Virus record (IMG/VR): IMGVR_UViG_3300050034_000403
Coordinates: 1 to 64,000 of that record
From: a virus
DNA length: 64,000 nucleotides
Direction: 5' to 3' (one strand)
Part shown: positions 39,263-47,443 of the stretch, one piece after another
Layout: each line of letters starts with the position of its first letter
Numbering within the stretch: position 1 is the stretch's first letter
Program-made: the position numbers and the translations under genes
The notes under the pieces: model-generated
Told to the model about the DNA's origin: nothing
The model's database searches: none
Seen by the model: only the letters and a program-made list of their open reading frames with translations

Positions 39263-41409
39263 TCGAGACCTCCCACAGAAACCATGTTCGAAGAACATAC
39301 GGCTTTGCTCAACGGAGGTGCTTTCTCCGTTGGCAATGCATAGCGCTTTTGCGATCTATCCGCAAGAATGTCGAAATCGTGCGCAGTAAAGAAAGATTGC
39401 GCCGCAGCACGCACGCGATCATCATGCTGACCGCTGCGATGCTCCAACTTGGAAACTCTGCCAGCCGCTGCATGCCGCTCCAGCGTTTTCAACTCTTCAA
39501 TTAACCATCTGGATGTCGGGCGATACCAGCCACCATTCACAGCTTCCGTAAAGCGCGTCATCAGGATTGGCACACTCCATACGTTGGAATACCAGCCCTG
39601 TTTTTTGCCAGAATCATCCTTGATCTTTTTGCTGTCGTAGCGACGTGGAACGTGATGCCAATGGAAGCCCATCAGCTTCAACTGGTGCTGGCATGTATCA
39701 CCTGGTCTTCCGATCTGCTCCACGCAAAACTTCACGCCACGTGGATCTTTTGCATTTTCGCCATACCAGGCGGCAATGCAAGCTGCAAATCCGACAACTT
39801 GTGCAGAGTTGATGCGGTTCGATACCAGCTCAGCCACCTGATAGTCATATTCATCGCCAAAACGGTTGCGCGTTACCGATACGCAGGTTCTGTCTTCATC
39901 CTCTTTGCCAAGACCATCTGCCGTGTCGATGCCGCAACTGTAGGTGTATCCAGGGTTGGGCTCTTCATATACCAGCAGCTTGTCAAAGGTTTCCAGCTCC
40001 ACATCTTCGTCAATCGGAAGGAGAGGAACCAAAACCCAGTCATAGCGTTGTCCGCGATCCGATTTCCATGTCACGCGGATATGCGCTTTGTCGTAATCAA
40101 TCAATGGCTCTGGTGGCTCAAAACCATCGTCGATGGAATCACCAGTAATGGCGTAGGCTTGCACCTGCTTCTTTCTTTCCTTGGTGTCGCCTTGCACTTC
40201 ATAAATGTTGTCTTCGATCTCCTGAATCGTTTCCACATCGAACACGCTGTCATGCACACCTGTCAGCGCTTCATAGTCGTCAGCCGGCATCTGCGCAAGC
40301 CAAATCTTCTGACTGTGATTTTTGCAAGATTTGGCGTAATTGAATTCCCAAAACCACTGCTGCTCCAGCGGCATCCGCCAATCTTTTCCAACAATCCGTG
40401 ACAAAAACGGCGTATTGCGAATGTAGGACTCGGCACGGATCACATGCTTGCGCGTTGCTTCCATGCGCTTCTTGTAAAAGTCTTCTGGAACCGGGAACTG
40501 ACGAATCCATGCCTTTTCAGGGTAAAGATCCGTCGCCATTGCCCAAGGAATAAATACAGGGCAAAGATCATGCAATCCTTTGGGGAAGTCTTCTTTCGCA
40601 GCGCGCCACGTCTCGGCCAACCAGCCGGTGTTTCCACCACCTGTGCCTTCAAACACCATGAAGAGGTTGGGAGTGGCGTGCGTGGCGCGCAACAGGCCTT
40701 CTTCAATCACCTTCTTAGGCTTGGGGATATCCGCCAACTCCGAAACGTGAATTAATGTGGGAGTCCAACCTTGCGCGATACCCGTTGCCTGCATACCAGA
40801 TTGAATGGACAACACAGATCCGTTATCGAATGAGCCTTTGGGTCCACGGCGCGGCACCAGCCACCAGGGGCATTGGTTGTAGGCAATATCCAGGATGCGA
40901 CCGATCAGCTCGGACTTATCCGACTGCACCGAGGCCATCACAGCCTGAGTGTGCGGAATGAACAACATCCTTTGAAGAAACTTCAGAGCGGTTTTTGTGG
41001 TGATGCCCACCTGCCGCGCTTTCAAAATCAAAAGGCGAATAGCAACTTGCTTTTCGTCGAAATCGGCGATTACGGAATCGAAAACTTCTTGCGATTTCCG
41101 GTTTTTGAATTTGAAAATCTCGCCGCCTTCGTTGCAGACGTAGGCGTAGCAATCGTCAAAGTAGTTGCTATCGAGGGCACACATCACCTGCTCGTTCTCT
41201 ACCCACCGCCAAATTTCCTTTTGGCGCTTTTGCGTGATGGGACGCACAAGGGAGATATACGAGGACTTCGAGTTTGATTCGATTTTTACGATGGAATCGA
41301 TGTAGTGCTTGAATTCTTCCACCTGGGCAAACGTATGAGGGGTAGGCATCCACCCCTCACGCGCGGCGAACTTGTCCAGGTTCTGTACGATAATCTTTTC
41401 GGAATACAT
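39259..41409 (-). CDS. terL: Terminase large subunit
   Basis: ILKARQVGITT Walker A, IHVSE Walker B, FEGTG, GIDTADG and HDDRV RNase H-type nuclease motifs. Confidence 0.9.
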   Translation of the reverse strand: MYSEKIIVQNLDKFAAREGWMPTPHTFAQVEEFKHYIDSIVKIESNSKSSYISLVRPITQKRQKEIWRWVENEQVMCALDSNYFDDCYAYVCNEGGEIFKFKNRKSQEVFDSVIADFDEKQVAIRLLILKARQVGITTKTALKFLQRMLFIPHTQAVMASVQSDKSELIGRILDIAYNQCPWWLVPRRGPKGSFDNGSVLSIQSGMQATGIAQGWTPTLIHVSELADIPKPKKVIEEGLLRATHATPNLFMVFEGTGGGNTGWLAETWRAAKEDFPKGLHDLCPVFIPWAMATDLYPEKAWIRQFPVPEDFYKKRMEATRKHVIRAESYIRNTPFLSRIVGKDWRMPLEQQWFWEFNYAKSCKNHSQKIWLAQMPADDYEALTGVHDSVFDVETIQEIEDNIYEVQGDTKERKKQVQAYAITGDSIDDGFEPPEPLIDYDKAHIRVTWKSDRGQRYDWVLVPLLPIDEDVELETFDKLLVYEEPNPGYTYSCGIDTADGLGKEDEDRTCVSVTRNRFGDEYDYQVAELVSNRINSAQVVGFAACIAAWYGENAKDPRGVKFCVEQIGRPGDTCQHQLKLMGFHWHHVPRRYDSKKIKDDSGKKQGWYSNVWSVPILMTRFTEAVNGGWYRPTSRWLIEELKTLERHAAAGRVSKLEHRSGQHDDRVRAAAQSFFTAHDFDILADRSQKRYALPTEKAPPLSKAVCSSNMVSVGGLD

Positions 41410-41422
41410 CAGCCCTCATGAG

Positions 41423-41533
41423 CTAGCCCTTGACGGCGATCGTCTTGCTGGCTCTCTTACCGAGCTTCTTGACACGCGGCGTCATTTTCTTCGTTTCGCA
41501 CAGCTTGCTTGAAACGCGCTTTGTTTTTGCCAT
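41423..41533 (-). CDS. 36-aa basic peptide (not in ORF track)
   Basis: AAGGAGG SD; MAKTKRVSSKLCETKKMTPRVKKLGKRASKTIAVKG. Confidence 0.6.
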   Translation of the reverse strand: MAKTKRVSSKLCETKKMTPRVKKLGKRASKTIAVKG

Positions 41534-41599
41534 GACGTTCCTCCTTGGAACTTACGATCCCGCCAACTTGGTTGTTGCGGGAGGGTTGCAATAGGCCGG

Positions 41600-41675
41600 A
41601 AAACAGAAATGGCCCAAGGCCATCTCTGGTCCTGAGCCATTGCTTGTTCCCGCTTGAGCGAGGGGCATGTGTCTC
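41600..41675 (-). ncRNA. Conserved late-leader attenuator-like RNA, copy G (head of terminase module)
   Basis: GAGA tetraloop variant, inner hairpin CUCGC-UCAA-GCGGG; TTGACG at 41717-41712 upstream. Confidence 0.75.
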
Positions 41676-41726
41676 GGTAATTGCTTTACATTTATACCGA
41701 ATTACATCTTGCGTCAAGCGTAACTT

Positions 41727-42569
41727 TTAGTTCTCCGAGCGTAACTGTCGGATCGGTACAAGCTTTTGCAATGTATCGCTGGGCGAGGGGAAGAGTTCAT
41801 CAATGTCATCGTCAAGGCCAAAAACGCCCTTCTCTTCATGCTCTTCCTTTTCACTGTCACTGGCAGATCCAAACACTGCTTTCCCGATGAATGTTGGACC
41901 TTTGGGCGTGGGAAGGAAGCCAAGCGCCTGGTGGATCATCGTGCGATCCTTCTCGCCGCCGGCCAACTGGGCAAACTGGATTGTCTTTTTCATAATCATC
42001 GGATGAGAGCTGAGCGCGATCACCTTCACCGCATTCACGGAAGAAGCCTGAAGCGCAAACAAGATGGCACCAGTCAATCGTTGCAGATCGATTTTGGCAG
42101 AATAGGCGATCGCTTCCCAGGGCAACATCTTACGATCGCTTGTCGGGAGAGAGTCATATTTCCCCAAAAAAGCCGCAATCACTTCATCCTGAGCGCAAAA
42201 ACGCATGGCGTTTAAAACAGTCGGCAACCCACCCTCGGCATTTTTAAACAGTGGGGTGATCTCCGGCAGGGACGCCATCACTTCCGGCTTGATCTTCAGG
42301 CGCCGCAGTGCTTCGTCCCTCCGTTTCATCCTCATCGAGAGCTTGGGCACTGGCAGCGGATCTTGGGTGGGTTTTAAGGAATTCCCGCTCGCGTTCGCCG
42401 ATGTATTCTTCTTCCTCGGGGACCGTGAGCCAATCGTCAAGGGATTCGTCGCTGGCTCCCTGCTCTTCACGGATAAGGTCTTCTGTGGTGGGGACGCGAG
42501 AGTAAACAGCTTCGTGGACTTCTTTTCGTTCTGGCCATTGCTTGGCGAATTGTTTTTCTTGTGTGTCAT
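41727..42569 (-). CDS. Hypothetical protein (terminase small subunit candidate by position); true start uncertain
   Basis: Globular C-terminal ~200 aa; upstream of terL. Confidence 0.45.
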   Translation of the reverse strand: MTHKKNNSPSNGQNEKKSTKLFTLASPPQKTLSVKSREPATNPLTIGSRSPRKKNTSANASGNSLKPTQDPLPVPKLSMRMKRRDEALRRLKIKPEVMASLPEITPLFKNAEGGLPTVLNAMRFCAQDEVIAAFLGKYDSLPTSDRKMLPWEAIAYSAKIDLQRLTGAILFALQASSVNAVKVIALSSHPMIMKKTIQFAQLAGGEKDRTMIHQALGFLPTPKGPTFIGKAVFGSASDSEKEEHEEKGVFGLDDDIDELFPSPSDTLQKLVPIRQLRSEN

Positions 42570-42639
42570 GAATGCCTGTCAGTGCAGTTGCCATCTGTTC
42601 AAATGCCGCCACAAGTCGCTCTTCAAAGTCTTCTGTCAT
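42244..42639 (-). CDS. Acidic hypothetical protein overlapping next ORF
   Basis: GGAGG SD, ATGA coupling with upstream gene. Confidence 0.5.
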   Translation of the reverse strand: MTEDFEERLVAAFEQMATALTGIHDTQEKQFAKQWPERKEVHEAVYSRVPTTEDLIREEQGASDESLDDWLTVPEEEEYIGEREREFLKTHPRSAASAQALDEDETEGRSTAAPEDQAGSDGVPAGDHPTV

Positions 42640-42926
42640 GGCTTCGGCTCCTCCACCCAATCGCCAGTTCCCTTGCCAAAGTCTGGCCGAACCAAGCGAG
42701 AACGCCATTCTCCGGTTTCTTCATCCAGGACAGACGGCAATGGTGGATCATTCAGCATCGCATCAAGCCGTGCGCGCAGGGTTGTTGGCGTTGTCCACAA
42801 CCCTACTTCACTGTGCACTTCAAACAGCTGTCCATCACTGCGAAGGGCGCGAAGGAACTGAAAACGATGCGTGTCCACAGTGACTGGCTTCATCCATTCT
42901 GTCCGCAACCAACGCAGTTCGCTCAT
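42636..42926 (-). CDS. Hypothetical protein
   Basis: AGGAG SD before MSELRW. Confidence 0.5.
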   Translation of the reverse strand: MSELRWLRTEWMKPVTVDTHRFQFLRALRSDGQLFEVHSEVGLWTTPTTLRARLDAMLNDPPLPSVLDEETGEWRSRLVRPDFGKGTGDWVEEPKP

Positions 42927-43245
42927 TGGTTTTCTCCTGAGGAACGTCTCCGTATTCTGGCCAAATTGGAGTCGATAGCTCTTCGATGGAGCTTGGAATG
43001 CTTGTTCCATCGAATGGAAGCTCAGGCGTCAAGTTTTGCACCAGGTGGTAGGGCTTTCCAAGCGTCGGGTTAGCGCAATTTCTGTGCTCGACCTGATCTG
43101 CCCAGAAAAGCCCTGCCTTGACGTGGCGATACTTGTGCGCCTTCAAAATGCGCTTATGGCACAGCCAGCAAGTCCGATGATGAACGGTCTCCAGGTGGAA
43201 AATCCCGATCAAGCGTTCAAACCAGGACTGTTTTTTCTCTCCCAT
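42835..43245 (-). CDS. Hypothetical protein with CxxC...HxxC (LIM/Zn-ribbon-like)
   Basis: TCWLCHKRI...EHRNC; AAGGA SD. Confidence 0.45.
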   Translation of the reverse strand: MGEKKQSWFERLIGIFHLETVHHRTCWLCHKRILKAHKYRHVKAGLFWADQVEHRNCANPTLGKPYHLVQNLTPELPFDGTSIPSSIEELSTPIWPEYGDVPQEKTNERTALVADRMDEASHCGHASFSVPSRPSQ

Positions 43246-43254
43246 TGCGCATCC

Positions 43255-43539
43255 TTACTTCTTCACCGGCAGTGCAGGCTTGGGCTGTTCCGGTTCCACG
43301 ATAAAGTTCTGTGGATTCACGCGGTAGCCGGGATGGCTGGCAGCGAACTCTGTCAGGATGGTTTGTTCCTGCTGCAGCGCATCCTGCCACTGCTTCTGCA
43401 CGTCCTGCTTGATCTTTTCGCAGCTCTGAAGAGCAATACGATCTGCGGTGCTCAGCTGCGGTACCTGATTCGGTTTCGGTGCCTGTTGCGCAAATGCCGG
43501 CGTCAATGCCAGCACGAAAATCGCCAACCAACGTTTCAT
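43255..43539 (-). CDS. Small secreted coiled-coil protein
   Basis: AAGGAG SD; MKRWLAIFVLALTPAFA signal peptide. Confidence 0.65.
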   Translation of the reverse strand: MKRWLAIFVLALTPAFAQQAPKPNQVPQLSTADRIALQSCEKIKQDVQKQWQDALQQEQTILTEFAASHPGYRVNPQNFIVEPEQPKPALPVKK

Positions 43540-43558
43540 TGTCTTCTCCTTTGAACTT

Positions 43559-43662
43559 TGCGCGGGCCAAAGGCAGGAATTCGAACCGACGACCCTCTCC
43601 GCAACAGGTGCGCCCACCTTTACACGGAGCCGCTCTACCACTGAGCTACTAAGGTCCGCGCG
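43559..43662 (-). tRNA. Aberrant tRNA-like element (GUA/Tyr-like) with hairpin insert in anticodon loop
   Basis: UAGCUCAGUGGUAGAGC D-arm, GGUUCGAAU T-loop, CUCC/GGAG stem enclosing AGGUG-GGCG-CACCU; imperfect acceptor, no CCA. Confidence 0.5.
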
Positions 43663-43692
43663 TTCCTCCGGGTACAAGGCCGGAGAACTTCG

Positions 43693-44100
43693 TTACGCCT
43701 GCTTCTGCTTTTTGGCGTAATGCCGTTTCTTCACGACGACGGCACCTTCCTCATTCTTGCCAAGGGTAGGCACGTCCTGGCCGCTGCGTTCGCGCACAAC
43801 GTTGAGATGCGGTTCAAGCGCAATCTCAACATCGGCATCAACTTCTGTGTTGATGATTGGAGATTCTCCGTCTACGGGAAAGTCTTCGCTCGCCGGAGCA
43901 CTGACATGGACGTCAACCTTGACTTCTGCTGTGTCGAGTCCGCGCAGATTCAGATGGACCTTGACTGATCCGTCGTAACCGCCTGTGTAGGCATCCATCT
44001 CGCGCAGATTGCAATCACCGCGCAGTTTTTCAGCGACTTGATCGAGCACGTCGTTGATAATCTCTTCTCCCGTCAAACCCTCTACGTAATCGTCTTCCAC
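43693..44100 (-). CDS. Acidic hypothetical protein
   Basis: GGAGAGG SD, 135 aa. Confidence 0.6.
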   Translation of the reverse strand: MEDDYVEGLTGEEIINDVLDQVAEKLRGDCNLREMDAYTGGYDGSVKVHLNLRGLDTAEVKVDVHVSAPASEDFPVDGESPIINTEVDADVEIALEPHLNVVRERSGQDVPTLGKNEEGAVVVKKRHYAKKQKQA

Positions 44101-44118
44101 TGAAGCACCTCTCCTGAT

Positions 44119-44361
44119 TTATTCCTTCGCGTCGCTCTTGCATCTCAAAAGAAACCAAAACTTCGCCATCTCCAGCATCCCAAGGAAGTGCGAATTTTCC
44201 AACTGGTTGGATGACCATGCCAAGTCGCCATTTTGCGTTTTGTAAATCACCACAATCTCTGTCGGCTCGTCGTTTCCAAAGTCTTCCATGCAATCGATCA
44301 GCACCTGGGTTGGGCTGCGTGGAGTTTTCTTTTCTTCTTCCACCCTATGCAGCCTCTTCAT
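44119..44361 (-). CDS. Hypothetical protein
   Basis: LGMLEMAK motif, operon context. Confidence 0.5.
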   Translation of the reverse strand: MKRLHRVEEEKKTPRSPTQVLIDCMEDFGNDEPTEIVVIYKTQNGDLAWSSNQLENSHFLGMLEMAKFWFLLRCKSDAKE

Positions 44362-44578
44362 TGCTGTACTTCGCCTTGAGCGCCAAAAACTTTCTTAACG
44401 TATCAGGAAACGGAATTACCTTTCCTGCTTCGATCAGCTGCACCGTGCGCCGACTCAAGCCCAGCACTTCAGCCAGCTTGACCTGCGTAAACAGATGATC
44501 GTGACGAAACTTGCGCCACTCTTTCTGGCGAGCGTCTCGTTCTTGCAAATCTTCTTCGGTTGGCTTGGGTCTTGGCAT
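44345..44578 (-). CDS. XRE/Cro-family HTH regulator
   Basis: FTQVKLAEVLGLSRRTVQLIEAGK..P. Confidence 0.85.
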   Translation of the reverse strand: MPRPKPTEEDLQERDARQKEWRKFRHDHLFTQVKLAEVLGLSRRTVQLIEAGKVIPFPDTLRKFLALKAKYSNEEAA

Positions 44579-45042
44579 TGTTTACGCTCCCTTGAGCACC
44601 CGCATTACTTCCATCTCCATAAATTGGCGGGAAACCAATTTCGTGTCAACGGTAATTTTGTGCCTACCACACATCCTGCCGAAATTGCGCCGGCCGACGA
44701 ACGCGCTTTGCCGCGCGGTATCGCTGCATACTCTTCCGTCCCCGTCCGCCACGCATCAGATACCGCTGCAACGGAGTTTCCGCATAAAAATTGTCGCAAA
44801 GAAGCTTCAGCAACTTTGCCATTTTTGTCGGATTGGTCTTACGCAAAGCACACATAACTTCGCTTCCCCACTTTGCGCATAACCTACGCCAGTCTTGGTT
44901 TTCTGTCTACTGTGATTTTTCATTGCGCAAGGATTGCGCTCACTTAGCGAACTGTAACTGCATTCGCTAAAGCATCAGTGTAGATAAAGGCCAAAACCTT
45001 TATTTTTAAGTAGTGCGATTTTAGTGCGATTTACGTGATAAT

Positions 45043-45261
45043 ATGCATTCAGGAGATTTTATGGCACGCATGACAATTGCACTTCCCGCTGAGATTGTAA
45101 AAATCGTCAATGACACTGCCCAAAAAGAGTCGGTTCCAAAAACAGAGATCATTCGACGTATGTTCACTGTGTTGAAGGTAGCCCAGGAAGAAAAAGACAA
45201 GGGGAACTCTCTTGGAATCATCAACGGAGAGAAGGTTATTGCCCGCATTGTTGGTGTATAA
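45043..45261 (+). CDS. Ribbon-helix-helix (CopG-like) regulator
   Basis: RMTIALP...K.EIIRR pattern; AGGAG SD before ATG 45061. Confidence 0.65.
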   Translation: MHSGDFMARMTIALPAEIVKIVNDTAQKESVPKTEIIRRMFTVLKVAQEEKDKGNSLGIINGEKVIARIVGV

Positions 45262-45266
45262 ACTTC

Positions 45267-45539
45267 ATGGAAAATGAGAACAAAGAAAAACCGATCATCG
45301 TCGATCTTGGCCAACGCGAAGACGTGCCTCGTCCTGAACTCGATCCACAAAAGCTATTGTCTTTTGCGCAGCAAATCCTGATGGTTTTAGTCTTTTTAAT
45401 GTTTCTGGCTTGCGGGGTTTTATTGCGTTGGCCCGGATCAAAAGAAGCTCAAACCATCTTTGAACAAGCAAGAACGATTCTCCCGCCAATGGTGACGCTT
45501 GTTCTTGGCTTTTACTTTGGCGGTCGTCATTCTCGATAA
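45267..45539 (+). CDS. Small 2-TM membrane protein
   Basis: Two hydrophobic helices, VLGFYFG end. Confidence 0.6.
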   Translation: MENENKEKPIIVDLGQREDVPRPELDPQKLLSFAQQILMVLVFLMFLACGVLLRWPGSKEAQTIFEQARTILPPMVTLVLGFYFGGRHSR

Positions 45540-45550
45540 TTTTTCAGAAC

Positions 45551-45590
45551 AGGAATAGCCTGTATGTCTTGTTCATGCGGGCTATTCTTT
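45551..45590. terminator. Hairpin between convergent units
   Basis: AGGAATAGCCTGTATG/CATGCGGGCTATTCTT inverted repeat. Confidence 0.55.
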
Positions 45591-45637
45591 ATCACTATTC
45601 AGAAATTTTCAGGGCAAAAAAGCTGAGCATGGCTAAT

Positions 45638-46250
45638 GTTGCGTCTATTCGGCGCACTGTAGAAGCTGTTTGATTGTTGCGCTTATCCAGCGCACTATGA
45701 CTATCTTGCAACCTTTTTATAGCCAAAAAGCCGTGATGATTCTCGTGTTGCATCTACTCGATGCACTGAAACTGCCTTGTGACTTTGTGCTATTCCTTGA
45801 CGCGTTGCGCTTTCTCGGCGCACTCATACGTCTATAAATATCCCTTGTGTATTATTGCGCTTATTCAGTGTATTGTTGCGCTTATCCAGCGCACTCCTAC
45901 TTTGTCGCACATGTTGCATCTCTCCGATGCACTTTGACTGTACACCCCTACCTATCCATGTTGCATCTGCTCGATGCACTCATACTGTGCTCCTCAACCT
46001 ATCCATGTTGCGCCTATGCGGTGCACTGAAACCGCATTACTGCGAAATCCAAGGCTCACGTACGTTGCATCTTCTCGATGCACTTCAACCAGTCTGCTAT
46101 ACAGCAGACAAAAACGAATGCCAATGGAGGTTGCATCTGTTCGATGCACTCATACGGATTTGGTACGGGATGCTGTTGTTGCGCTTATCCAGCGCACTAG
46201 AACATCTTGTCAGCTCATTCTTCAGGTTGCGCCTGCTCGACGCACTCATA
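45638..46250 (-). CRISPR. Compact atypical CRISPR-derived array 2: ~13 repeat hairpins with short spacers
   Basis: GTTGC-N11-GCACT cores at 45638, 45676, 45747, 45804, (45854), 45875, 45913, 45960, 46007, 46064, 46130, 46178, 46226; two keep the full 37-nt repeat. Confidence 0.8.
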
Positions 46251-46299
46251 TGACACCTCAATACTTTGCGCCAAGCCCCCGCGTTGTCAACAAATTTCT

Positions 46300-46827
46300 T
46301 TAGCTCCGCGATGCCAGAATTTTGGTTGCCTCAGTCAATGTAATCATAAGCGTTTGTGGATTGATCGGCGAAGCGATGAAGCCGTATTTCTCGTAGAACT
46401 GTTTTGCATCCTTAGAAATTGCATTTACCAAAACCGCACGAATGCCGGCAATCTCAGCAGCCTGCAAAGTGCGCAAAACCGCATCCCGCAAAAGATCCGC
46501 CCCAATCCCGCGATGCTGAAAGTGTTCATCCACAGCCAGTCGTCCGATCAGCATCACGGGCACTGGATCGGGCATGTTGCGCTTGATGCGTGTGGGTGCC
46601 TCGACATGTGCCACAGCACCAGTCGCCAGCGCATAAAAACCAACGACATGACCTTCTGAGCACACCACTTTAGTACGCGATGCTCCATTCTTCTCGTTTT
46701 GAAGTGCCCGCGTCTTCAACCACAGATTGAGAGATGATTCGCCACAGCAGAATTGCGTAAGATCATGTTCCACTGTCAGCTTTTCTGGAGCGGTAATACG
46801 GATCTTGGACGCCTCTACTCCTCCCAC
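46300..46827 (-). CDS. GNAT acetyltransferase toxin (TacT/AtaT-like)
   Basis: F.CG..SLN.WL; PDPVPV.LIGRLAVD...Q.RGIG..LL.DA; FYEKYGF. Confidence 0.9.
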   Translation of the reverse strand: MGGVEASKIRITAPEKLTVEHDLTQFCCGESSLNLWLKTRALQNEKNGASRTKVVCSEGHVVGFYALATGAVAHVEAPTRIKRNMPDPVPVMLIGRLAVDEHFQHRGIGADLLRDAVLRTLQAAEIAGIRAVLVNAISKDAKQFYEKYGFIASPINPQTLMITLTEATKILASRS

Positions 46828-47099
46828 GATGGTTTCCTCGCTAGCAGCTTTGCCAGTTTTGGGTTGGACTTGGGAGGATTGTCTAGCATGTCATTGAAGC
46901 GTTGGAACTCTTCTTTCCCGAGACGGAAGTAGCAGCGATCAAGCAAAATCGCTTCCGCTTCCCTGCACGCCGCATCCAGCATGAAATCCGTGCGGTTCCT
47001 TCCCAGCACTTCTGCTGCACTATCAATTAATGTCTTTTGCCGCAGATTGGCACGCAAATTGATGTTCGTAGCCCGCAATTCAGCAACGACAGAACCCAT
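46815..47099 (-). CDS. DUF1778 RHH antitoxin (TacA/AtaR-like)
   Basis: INLR....QK.LI..AA..LG..RTDFML.AA..EAE..L; F..ML.NPP..N..L. Confidence 0.9.
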   Translation of the reverse strand: MGSVVAELRATNINLRANLRQKTLIDSAAEVLGRNRTDFMLDAACREAEAILLDRCYFRLGKEEFQRFNDMLDNPPKSNPKLAKLLARKPSWEE

Positions 47100-47161
47100 G
47101 ACCCACCTCCTGAATGTATACACAATGAGCGTACAGCATCGTGCGCACAATGTAAAGCGCC

Positions 47162-47443
47162 TTAGTACAGCTTGCGGCAGTCATAACACCAGAACCCGTC
47201 AGGCCGCTGGAAACCCTTGTGCCCCTTGTCGTGTGGGCATCTGGCAAGGCCAGCAGGACTCGAATCCGCGACAGGCCGATTATGAGTCGGTTGCTCTACC
47301 GGCTGAGCTACAGTCCCGCTGTTCCACTTCCGCGTGCGACACTCGGGATTACGGCATTGCGCGGGTATCGGTTTACGAACGTCTACCGGCCAAAGATACC
47401 CACACACGTCGCATCGATATGCCTCCATCTTAGTTTTGCCCAT
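47162..47443 (-). CDS. Small Zn-ribbon protein
   Basis: CDVCG..W...P.QC...C...W and C-terminal C.H...WCYDC. Confidence 0.6.
   Translation of the reverse strand: MGKTKMEAYRCDVCGYLWPVDVRKPIPAQCRNPECRTRKWNSGTVAQPVEQPTHNRPVADSSPAGLARCPHDKGHKGFQRPDGFWCYDCRKLY
47242..47317 (-). tRNA. Degenerate tRNA-Met/Ile2 (CAU) nested inside the Zn-ribbon ORF
   Basis: 76 nt, D-arm UAGCUCAGCCGGUAGAGC, CCGA-CUCAUAA-UCGG, UUCGAGU loop, 3' CCA; weak acceptor and T stems. Confidence 0.6.

Noticed and set aside
45784-45803. Array 2 guide starting GCGTCAAG matches the -35 boxes of late promoters at 35865 and 41711
   Set aside because: 8-nt match is expected about twice by chance in both strands of 64 kb and also occurs in a coding region at ~9751; not claimed
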